DNA from: an uncultured Pseudobdellovibrionaceae bacterium
GTDB taxonomy: Bacteria; Bdellovibrionota; FAC87; UBA2466
DNA length: 32,000 nt
Direction of reading: 5' to 3'
Assembly: GCA_964396165.1 (NCBI GenBank)
Contig: CAYNEF010000009.1
Coordinates: 52,354 to 84,353 of the forward strand
Part shown: positions 11,040-18,459 of the stretch, in pieces
How the letters are laid out: the number at the start of each line of letters is the position of its first letter
Position numbering within the stretch: the stretch's first letter is position 1
The notes under the pieces: model-generated
Told to the model about the DNA's origin: nothing
Databases searched by the model: none
The model's input: the letters and a program-made list of their open reading frames with translations, nothing else
Made by a program: the position numbers and the translations under genes

Positions 11040-11194
11040 ATTTTGCCCTCTCGTTTATCTCATCCATTTTCCGCTCTTGGGGCACAACCTACGACAAAAC
11101 ATTCTATCGTGGCCAGAGCGTCCTACTAGGGTGCTTTCTACACAAGCATAGATTCTGTAAATTGCTTTGATAATAGGAGTTCCGAATAGCAAAA

Positions 11195-11268
11195 ACGGGT
11201 GGCACATGCATTTCTAGTGATGGCGCGCCAAGAGCGACAGCACTAGAAATGCGTGTGACAGGACCCGT
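11195..11268 (+). ncRNA. Structured element 1, family 1 (RNA or DNA level unknown)
   Basis: ACGGGT | GG | CACATGCATTTCTAGTG | ATGGCGCGCCAAGAGCGACAG | CACTAGAAATGCGTGTG | ACAGG | ACCCGT. It has a 6-bp outer stem, an asymmetric GG/ACAGG internal loop, a 17-bp inner stem (one G.U) and a 21-nt loop. Confidence 0.6.
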
Positions 11269-11384
11269 GTTTCTCGCTCATACACTAATTACGCGCAGCA
11301 GTATAACGCGATACTCCATTGTGAAAAAACAATCATTTTTTATTCTAGTAAATATGCCGATAAGCCTTAGAGGTAATACGGCCC

Positions 11385-13325
11385 ATGTCCTTGTCACACG
11401 ACGTACATTCCAGACATACATTAGTGGTCTTTAAACAGACACCAGACTTGAAAAAAGTCGAAATCTCGCACGACTGGAATACAGCTGTCATTCAATCTCA
11501 CGATCAACTCCTTGCTTGCGTAGATCGCGCATACAAAAACGCACAAAGAATCGTCGTAATCGTATCCGAACTGGATTACGAAAAAACCCGCGTACTACTT
11601 AACTTAAGAATGCAGCGGGAAAACTCTGTTGCCTACGGCCTTCTTGTCGTCGCAAAAGATCCTACTAAATTCATGGAAAAAGAAGGCGGCCCCGCCGAGC
11701 TTCTCGATGCAGTAGGGGATAAAGAAGCCAGAAAAAATATTCAGATATCCCTTCTACGTGCCGTGCGATTTCTTTCACTTTCTGAATCAAAAGGAATGCA
11801 AAAAATCGGACAACGCACACTGGAGAGAATGAACGAAATATTTATCGATCTCTCTGCCGAAAGAAACTCAGAAAAACTACTCGGAAAAATTTTAACGAAA
11901 ACGATGGAAGTCACCAATGCGAAATCCGGTGCGCTTTTCATGGTGCAGGAAACAGATGGCGAAATGTATTTCCGCCTGAAAATCACAGCAGAACAAACTA
12001 AAGAACCTGTCTTTCAAAACACAACGTTAAGAGTTGTAGAAAACAGTGTATGTGGTTATGTCGCGTTGACAGGAAAAATCCATAATATTTCCGACATCAG
12101 CAATATGCGGGCAGGTTCCATCCCACAAATGCACCGTCAGTATGATTATGATTACAACGGCACAGCTGTTTGCATGGTTACGGTTCCCTTAAAAAATAGC
12201 AGACACGAAGTAATCGGCGTGTTGCAACTTGTAAATAAAAAAGACGAACGAGATGTTTCTGGAAATGGAATATGCCCATTCGAGGGAGAAGACGAAAGTA
12301 TTTTGATGTCTTTCGGAACACAAGCTGCCATCTGTTTGGAAAATGTGGATTTGTATGCGGACATCCAAAGACTGTTCGAAGGTTTTGTGAGAGCTTCCAT
12401 TACGGCCATCGAATCCAGAGATCCCAGCACGGGTGGTCACTCAGAACGTGTCGCTAAAATGTCTGTAGCTCTAGCACGCGCAACCACAGAAGTGGATATC
12501 GGCATTTACCGCTCTGTAAAATTTAAAGAAGAAGAAGTTCGAGAGCTCGAATACGCAGCGATGTTGCATGATTTCGGAAAAATCGGTGTACGTGAAGAAG
12601 TTCTCGTGAAAGCAAAAAAACTCTACGCCCACCAGCTCGAAGGAATTCAAGAGCGTATTAAAATTTGTAAAGCGGCTGCGAAAATCAATTATCTCGAAAA
12701 AAGATTGAGACAATCGGGAAATGATTTGGATTTAGAAAAAGACTACTTAAATAGAGTTGCTCAGATTGAAGGATATAAAGATATTATCTTGCAGGCAAAT
12801 GAACCAACTATCCTCATGAATGAAAATATTCAGGTTCTGGATAAGATAAGATCTGAGCAATTGCTGCTGCCTGATGGATCTAATATCGCTCTTCTTACAG
12901 AAGAGGAATTTAAAGCTCTATCTGTAACTAAGGGCTCGTTGACTGAGAATGAACGTGTGGAAATCGAATCACATGTTCGACATACGTATCAATTCTTAAA
13001 AATGATTCCTTGGACTAAGGATTTTAAACACCTGACTGAAATTGCTTACTGCCATCATGAGAAGTTGGATGGCACCGGGTATCCACGCGGTTTAGTTGCG
13101 CATGAAATTCCTTTGCAGTCTAAGATCATGACTATTGCAGATATATTTGATGCTTTAACGGCATCTGATCGTTGGTACAAAGAAGCTGTACCTACTGAAC
13201 GTGCGATTGAGATTCTTTTTAAAGAAGTAGAAAAAGGTAAGATTGATCCTGTCCTCTTTGAGCTGTTCGTAGCTAAGAAAATATTTGAAATTGCCCAGCC
13301 GAAAACTCTTCACCAAGTCGCCTAA
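11385..13325 (+). CDS. GAF domain + HD-GYP domain protein (putative c-di-GMP phosphodiesterase)
   Basis: 646 aa. The GAF-like region is around aa 160-310 (...GYVALTGKIHNISD...VMSFGTQAAICLENVDLYADIQRLFE). HD-GYP motifs are ESRDPSTGGHSERVA, MLHDFGKIGVREEVL and YCHHEKLDGTGYPRG. The exact start codon is uncertain. Confidence 0.9.
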   Translation: MSLSHDVHSRHTLVVFKQTPDLKKVEISHDWNTAVIQSHDQLLACVDRAYKNAQRIVVIVSELDYEKTRVLLNLRMQRENSVAYGLLVVAKDPTKFMEKEGGPAELLDAVGDKEARKNIQISLLRAVRFLSLSESKGMQKIGQRTLERMNEIFIDLSAERNSEKLLGKILTKTMEVTNAKSGALFMVQETDGEMYFRLKITAEQTKEPVFQNTTLRVVENSVCGYVALTGKIHNISDISNMRAGSIPQMHRQYDYDYNGTAVCMVTVPLKNSRHEVIGVLQLVNKKDERDVSGNGICPFEGEDESILMSFGTQAAICLENVDLYADIQRLFEGFVRASITAIESRDPSTGGHSERVAKMSVALARATTEVDIGIYRSVKFKEEEVRELEYAAMLHDFGKIGVREEVLVKAKKLYAHQLEGIQERIKICKAAAKINYLEKRLRQSGNDLDLEKDYLNRVAQIEGYKDIILQANEPTILMNENIQVLDKIRSEQLLLPDGSNIALLTEEEFKALSVTKGSLTENERVEIESHVRHTYQFLKMIPWTKDFKHLTEIAYCHHEKLDGTGYPRGLVAHEIPLQSKIMTIADIFDALTASDRWYKEAVPTERAIEILFKEVEKGKIDPVLFELFVAKKIFEIAQPKTLHQVA

Positions 13326-13359
13326 AAATAATTTTTAAGGATGAGATTTTAAGATGAAC

Positions 13360-13433
13360 ACGGGTCCTGTCACCTGCGAATGGGATGCTGTCGCTCTTGG
13401 CGCGCCATCACCCCATCCACAGGCGCCACCCGT
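13360..13433 (-). ncRNA. Structured element 2, family 1, inverted relative to element 1
   Basis: The reverse complement reads ACGGGT | GG | CGCCTGTGGATGGGGTG | ATGGCGCGCCAAGAGCGACAG | CATCCCATTCGCAGGTG | ACAGG | ACCCGT. It has the same architecture and length (74 nt) as element 1, and all 17 inner pairs form (4 G.U). Confidence 0.6.
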
Positions 13434-13545
13434 TCCCCGTTTTTTTCAATCCATAGTTCTAACGGAAAAAAAACAGTTCTATAAAGTCAGCGGAATGTAG
13501 CAGAGTGGTTCTATTAAACTGATTTATAAAATTTGTAAGTGAGAT

Positions 13546-13723
13546 CCTTTCAGGAAGAGGAGTGTGGGTGGCGCCTTCGTTAAAACCAGTGGCCCCGGGT
13601 AGTGATAAGCAAACTAGCAATGAAAACGAAACTTGCAGAAAGATCTCACAGCGAAGATCCAGTCCAAGGGGAGCATCTGGTTACCACGCAGGTGACAGGA
13701 CCCGCACTCCTCTTCCTGAAAGG
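13546..13723 (+). ncRNA. Structured element 3, enlarged relative of elements 1 and 2
   Basis: Outer arms are CCTTTCAGGAAGAGGAGTGTGGGT (13546-13569) and ACCCGCACTCCTCTTCCTGAAAGG (13700-13723): 24 bp, 23 Watson-Crick plus 1 G.U. The same GG (13570-13571)/ACAGG (13695-13699) internal loop follows, then a mostly paired inner stem (13572-13589 with 13677-13694, 14 of 18 paired). Confidence 0.55.
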
Positions 13724-14014
13724 TTTGCAATAATCAATACCCTATACAATTTTTTTCTCACACAAGTACTCTACGCAATGAGCAATCAAGTACTTAAAAT
13801 ATTCCCAAGCACACCTGGCATTTTTTTCCCGCACGAGAGGGAAATTCTTGCCGATCTTTCTGTCAATACATTGACAAGATTTAGGAACAATCATACAATT
13901 AAAGAGTAATATCCTTCTGTAAAAAATTAATTCCATAAAAAAAGTAGAATAGAAAAAAGCCACAAAGAGTAAGTTATTCCTTACTGTATTGTGAGTTTGT
14001 GTTTAAGGAGCCGA

Positions 14015-15373
14015 ATGAATCGCGTTCTTATTTATGAACCTGACGTTGAATTAGGTACCAGATGCAAAGAATTACTGGAACAAAACAATCTGTGGGTCAT
14101 ACACGAGTGGGACCTTAATAACGCCTTATCGTTATACGCAAAACAGTTATTTCATGTTTGTGTTTGGCGCTGCGATACAGAAGACGATTTGAAAATAATT
14201 CCCACGTTGAGAAATACGCGTATCGAAGCGGGAATTATTATCAGCAGCAATAAAACCGATTCTGATTTCATCGTGAAGACAATGCGCGAAGGCGGTTCTC
14301 ACTATTGGAATAGACAGAGTGAGCTAACGAAACTTCAATCAGCTGTAAAAGAAACTCTTTCTAAAATCGTGGATGATACGGAAACCATCGATTTTACCTT
14401 TCCGTTTCAGGAATTTATTGGAAGACATCCCAAAATCATCGATATTTTTCAAACTATCAATAGCATTAAAGATACGGATTCTACCGTACTCATTACGGGT
14501 GAAAGCGGAACAGGGAAAGAAGTTGTTGCTTCTGCAATCCACAAGCTAAGCCCTCGTGGTAGATCGCAAATGGTGGCAATCAATTGCGGCGCCATTCCCG
14601 GAAGTTTGATTGAAAGTGAACTATTCGGTCATATGAAGGGCGCTTTTACAGGCGCAACTCATAATAGAATGGGACGATTTCAGATGGCAGGAAGTGGAAC
14701 GTTGTTTCTGGATGAAATAACGGATCTTCCTCTTGATTTGCAGGCTAAATTACTACGCGCCATACAAAACAAAACATTTGAGCCCGTTGGCAGTGCTGTC
14801 AGTCTCAATCTCGAAGCTCGCATTATTGCAGCGACAAACAAAGACTTGGAAATCGCTGTCGAAGACAAAAAATTCCGTGAAGATCTGTTCTACCGACTGA
14901 ATGTAATTCCCATTTATATTCCGCCTTTGAGAAATAGAAAATCGGATATTCCGCTTCTTGTGAAATCATTCATGGATAAGTTCAGCAAAGAACATAACAA
15001 GGTCTGTGAAGGAATATCCCAGGACGCCATGAGAACCTTAATGGAATACCAATGGCCGGGTAACGTAAGAGAGTTAGAAAACCTCATCGAACGAGTCATT
15101 GTACTGAAGAGAAGCGTCGGTGCAATCGAATTGAAAGACTTGCCCGTGCATTACTTTAAAAACGTCAGAATGGATCGGTATGTCGCAAATGTGGAGCTTC
15201 CAGACGAAGGTTTGGATTTCAACAATGCGGTAGATGAATTCGAAAACGAATTGATCATTCAGGCTTTACAGAAAACGGATGGCAACCGCAATAAAGCCGC
15301 ATCCTTGTTGAATTTGAATAGAACAACGCTTGTGGAGAAATTGAAGAGAAAGGGAATCAGATTGGCTGCTTAA
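14015..15373 (+). CDS. NtrC-family sigma54-dependent activator with degenerate receiver domain
   Basis: AAA+ motifs GESGTGKEVVASAIH, GAFTGATHNRMGRF, GSGTLFLDEITDLP and WPGNVRELENLIERV, plus a C-terminal Fis-type HTH (NRNKAASLLNLNRTTLVEKLKRKG). The start at 14015 is supported by AAGGAG. Confidence 0.93.
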   Translation: MNRVLIYEPDVELGTRCKELLEQNNLWVIHEWDLNNALSLYAKQLFHVCVWRCDTEDDLKIIPTLRNTRIEAGIIISSNKTDSDFIVKTMREGGSHYWNRQSELTKLQSAVKETLSKIVDDTETIDFTFPFQEFIGRHPKIIDIFQTINSIKDTDSTVLITGESGTGKEVVASAIHKLSPRGRSQMVAINCGAIPGSLIESELFGHMKGAFTGATHNRMGRFQMAGSGTLFLDEITDLPLDLQAKLLRAIQNKTFEPVGSAVSLNLEARIIAATNKDLEIAVEDKKFREDLFYRLNVIPIYIPPLRNRKSDIPLLVKSFMDKFSKEHNKVCEGISQDAMRTLMEYQWPGNVRELENLIERVIVLKRSVGAIELKDLPVHYFKNVRMDRYVANVELPDEGLDFNNAVDEFENELIIQALQKTDGNRNKAASLLNLNRTTLVEKLKRKGIRLAA

Positions 15374-15382
15374 GCTAGGCGG

Positions 15383-16162
15383 TTACTCTTTTTCTTTGTC
15401 TTTATCTTTTTTGCCATCTTTGCCTGTATCGATGAAGGAACGCATGAAGTATTTGAGAATACTGCTGCGTTTAGCACCACCCATCATCGATTTTAAGTCT
15501 TCATAGACGCTGGGATCGTTTACCAGTGCACCTAAAGTGCCTTCCCCGTTATCTACCTTTGCCAAAATACTTTCCAGATGTTCCATCGACTGGCTAAGTT
15601 TCTCAGCGCTTTTTCCTTTTTGTAAGCTGGCAGTCAAAGCGGCAAGATTCTGGGAAGTTTGGTTTAAGCCAGAAAGCAGTTTGTCTACATTCCCATCTTT
15701 TGCAAATTGCTGGGAGAGTTCATCTACAAAGTTTCCACCTTTAGAAAATAAATCAGGAGCGGAATCGGTTGGAATAAATACGCCGTCTTTTAGTGGCTCG
15801 CCCACGCTACCTATGGATAGCTCGATATATTTATCTCCCAATACCCCTTGCGTGCGCACTACTGCCAAGGTGTCTTGCTTGATTTGATTGGCGTTGGATT
15901 TATCTACCGACATCGTTACCACAAGCTCGCGAGTGTCTTTATCTACGTTGATTTGCTTTACAACCCCCACTCTTAAACCATTCAGCGATACTTCAGAGCC
16001 CTGGTGCAATCCTTTTACTTCGTGAAATCTGCCGTAAAAAGTCATTTGGCTGCTGAATATGCCTTTGCCATCTCCGATGCTAAATACAATGAAGATAAAG
16101 ACTGCGAATCCGACTGTGACGAATGCGCCCACCACCAGATTGTTTGCCAGTTTCTTGTCCAT
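15383..16162 (-). CDS. mlaD: MlaD/MCE-family substrate-binding protein of an ABC lipid transporter
   Basis: One N-terminal TM (NLVVGAFVTVGFAVFIFIVFSI), then the MCE domain FYGRFHEVKGLHQGSEVSLNGLRVGVVKQI...VRTQGVLGDKYIELSIG. Confidence 0.88.
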   Translation of the reverse strand: MDKKLANNLVVGAFVTVGFAVFIFIVFSIGDGKGIFSSQMTFYGRFHEVKGLHQGSEVSLNGLRVGVVKQINVDKDTRELVVTMSVDKSNANQIKQDTLAVVRTQGVLGDKYIELSIGSVGEPLKDGVFIPTDSAPDLFSKGGNFVDELSQQFAKDGNVDKLLSGLNQTSQNLAALTASLQKGKSAEKLSQSMEHLESILAKVDNGEGTLGALVNDPSVYEDLKSMMGGAKRSSILKYFMRSFIDTGKDGKKDKDKEKE

Positions 16163-16164
16163 AA

Positions 16165-16926
16165 TTACCAGGCCTCTCCGTGAATAAAATTGGATACTTC
16201 TTTGTTCTCGCTATTTTGCATTTTACTTGCGTCATCGATAGCGGCTATTTTGCCATTTTTTAAAAAGGCGACTCTGTCGCTGACTTTAAAAATTGTCGGC
16301 ATATCGTGTGTCACTAAAATGGAAGTTGCGCCTTGAGATTTCAGCTGGCGAATAATTTTTACAATTTGAGAAGTGTTGTAGGGATCGAGTCCCGTTGTGG
16401 GTTCATCATAGAGAATCACTTCCGGATCCATGATAATACTTCTGGCAACACCCACTCTGCGTTGCATCCCGCCGCTTAAACTCGAAGGTAAAAGATATTC
16501 GCTTCCCTCAAGCCCCAGCTTGCTTAAAGTGAGCATTACTTTTTCATGAATTTCTTTTTCTGAAAGATCAGTATGTTCTCTTAACGGGTACGCAAGGTTT
16601 TCATGTACAGTGATACTGTCAAAAAGTGCTCCGTATTGAAATACATACGCGATCTTTTTTCTGATAGGAACGAGCTCTTCTTCATTCAATTTTACGATAT
16701 CCGTACCGTTAAATAAAATTTTACCTTTATCCGGTTTCTCTAGTCCAATGATAGAACGAAGTAGAACGCTCTTTCCCGAACCGCTTCCCCCCATCAGAGT
16801 CAAAACTTCTCCAGGGTACACTTCGAGTTCAATTCCTGAATGCACAACTTTCTTGCCGTAGCTTTTACAGATCCCTTCGAATTTAATGATAGGCTCTCTC
16901 ATTGAATTCCCTTTTCCCAAATCCAA
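16165..16926 (-). CDS. mlaF: MlaF-type ABC transporter ATP-binding protein
   Basis: Walker A GGSGSGKSVLLRSI, signature LSGGMQRRVGVARSI and Walker B PEVILYDEPTTGLDP. The real start may be the internal Met at 16902, overlapping the MlaE stop. Confidence 0.92.
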   Translation of the reverse strand: MDLGKGNSMREPIIKFEGICKSYGKKVVHSGIELEVYPGEVLTLMGGSGSGKSVLLRSIIGLEKPDKGKILFNGTDIVKLNEEELVPIRKKIAYVFQYGALFDSITVHENLAYPLREHTDLSEKEIHEKVMLTLSKLGLEGSEYLLPSSLSGGMQRRVGVARSIIMDPEVILYDEPTTGLDPYNTSQIVKIIRQLKSQGATSILVTHDMPTIFKVSDRVAFLKNGKIAAIDDASKMQNSENKEVSNFIHGEAW

Positions 16927-17762
16927 AATAGTTTGGTCAAAACAAAGTCAAAAATAACAATCAGAACACTTGAAGTGACGACCGCTTTGGTCGTCGAATG
17001 GCCTACACCTTGAGTCCCGCCACTTGTTCTTAATCCGTAATAGCAACCTGTTACGGCTATAAAGAAACCAAAGAAAATCGTTTTTACTATTCCCACAAGA
17101 AAATCTGAGGAGCGTAGACTAATAAGCGCCTGGTGAAAGTAATAATCCGGGTGGATGTAGAGTTCCGTACTCGAAATCACCATTCCGCCCACAATGCCTA
17201 AGAGATCTGCCATTGCAGTAAGCAAGGGTGCCATTAGCAACATGGCTAAGATTCGAGGAATCACAATTCTTTTAATTGGATCGGTACCTAGCGCGCGTAT
17301 CGCATCGATCTGTTGAGTGACATTCATCGAGCCTATTTCTGCGGCAATTCCAGAACCCACTCGGCCTGCAAGCATCAAGCAACTTAATACTGGTCCCAAT
17401 TCTCTTAAAATGGAAAGGCCGACTACCTTTGGCACATACAACTTTCCGCCAAATCGCTCTAGGCCGTAGCCAAATTGAATGGACATAACAAACCCGGTAG
17501 AAACTGCTGTGATAAGTACGATAGAGAGTGATTTAAATCCCAGAATAAAACATTGCTCTACGAAAAGTGCGAAGTAAAAAGGGCGCGAAAACAAGCCACG
17601 AATCGCGGCATACACCATGTTCACACTGCCGCCAAAGAATTCCAACTGTTCCAGTACTGCTTCCCAGATGCGGGCAAGAGAAAATGAAATAAATTTTTTA
17701 GTTTGTTCCATACTTAAAGCTTGAATAAAATAAATTAAATTCTTTTTGTTCGTTTGCATCAA
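16899..17762 (-). CDS. mlaE: MlaE-type ABC transporter permease
   Basis: FGYGLERFGGKLYVPKVVGLSILRELGPVLSCLMLAGRVGSGIAAEIGSMNVTQQIDAIRALGTDP is diagnostic of MlaE. The start may be downstream of the annotated Met. Confidence 0.92.
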   Translation of the reverse strand: MMQTNKKNLIYFIQALSMEQTKKFISFSLARIWEAVLEQLEFFGGSVNMVYAAIRGLFSRPFYFALFVEQCFILGFKSLSIVLITAVSTGFVMSIQFGYGLERFGGKLYVPKVVGLSILRELGPVLSCLMLAGRVGSGIAAEIGSMNVTQQIDAIRALGTDPIKRIVIPRILAMLLMAPLLTAMADLLGIVGGMVISSTELYIHPDYYFHQALISLRSSDFLVGIVKTIFFGFFIAVTGCYYGLRTSGGTQGVGHSTTKAVVTSSVLIVIFDFVLTKLFWIWEKGIQ

Positions 17763-18201
17763 TTGGTTGCTGGCTTACGAGCGTGAAATCAAAGACGCAA
17801 TTGTTTTTGGTTAAAACAAAAATCAAAAGATTAAAGGGATTATTATCGAGTGTGGCCTGAACGTTCGAATATTGACCATTCTGTCCGTCTACACTCACTT
17901 TTTTCTTTTCCTTATATTTGATTTTTCTCGCACCCATCAGCAATTGCTTAGTGAGTACTTCCAAACTGAATTTTGAATCGTTATTACAGCTAGACGTCAA
18001 AGTGATCACGCTGCCTTTTGAATTCTTGTACGCATAATCACTTTCGCCATTTGTGGATTGCTGTTTCCATTCTGTAACAGGGATTACTTGATAGCCTTTA
18101 GCGCGCGGAAGATCTGGCGTACTGCCACCACCCATAAGCGCACACGCACTTATGTAGAATTGAATTACACCCAAACATAAAATGAAAAGTATTTGCCTCA
18201 T
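17698..18201 (-). CDS. Hypothetical lipoprotein preceding the Mla genes
   Basis: 167 aa with a lipobox-like IQFYISAC. It overlaps the annotated 5' end of mlaE and is co-directional with it. Confidence 0.65.
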   Translation of the reverse strand: MRQILFILCLGVIQFYISACALMGGGSTPDLPRAKGYQVIPVTEWKQQSTNGESDYAYKNSKGSVITLTSSCNNDSKFSLEVLTKQLLMGARKIKYKEKKKVSVDGQNGQYSNVQATLDNNPFNLLIFVLTKNNCVFDFTLVSQQPIDANEQKEFNLFYSSFKYGTN

Positions 18202-18390
18202 GACTTACTAAACTTATCGGAATATTTGGGCTTTTCTTTTATTTTCAGTAAAGGATTTAAACAGGTTTTAATGTGGTGCGGTATCGTCGTTACTAGAAGG
18301 CTTGAGTGGGTGACGCACATAGCTAGCACAGCGAGTAAAAGACAAGTATTTGACGCTCTGACAGTTTTCTTGGTGCTTGGTAGGAAAAAA

Positions 18391-18406
18391 TGGCCATACT
18401 TATGCC
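18391..18406 (+). promoter_or_regulatory. Possible weak sigma54 promoter upstream of the TPR-like gene
   Basis: TGGCCATACTTATGCC keeps the GG at -24 and GC at -12 with correct spacing (consensus TGGCACGNNNNTTGCW) but has several other mismatches. It lies about 55 bp before the ATG at 18460. Confidence 0.35.
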
Positions 18407-18459
18407 GTTTAATGACCTATTTTTCGGCATGAAGATTGCTCTCTCTAGATGACTCATCC

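Noticed and set aside
11201-11216. Sigma54 promoter at TGGCACATGCATTTCT
   Set aside because: It has TGGCAC but lacks the -12 GC at the right position, and the bases are fully accounted for by the left arm of element 1.
11195-11268. Known c-di-GMP riboswitch (GEMM), given the adjacent HD-GYP gene
   Set aside because: The diagnostic GEMM-I core (GGCAAACC, ACGCAAAGCCUCCG) is absent from both 11041-11384 and 13326-14014. The shared GG/ACAGG loop does not match a riboswitch I can recall.
11249-11434. Predicted 61-aa + strand ORF overlapping element 1
   Set aside because: It starts in the element 1 arm, overlaps the HD-GYP start region and has no ribosome-binding site or protein features.
13562-13909. 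Predicted 115-aa + strand ORF (MWVAPSLKPVAPGSDKQTSNE...)
   Set aside because: It begins inside structured element 3, spans its right arm and has low-complexity composition with no recognisable domain. It is explained better by the inverted-repeat element than by protein coding.
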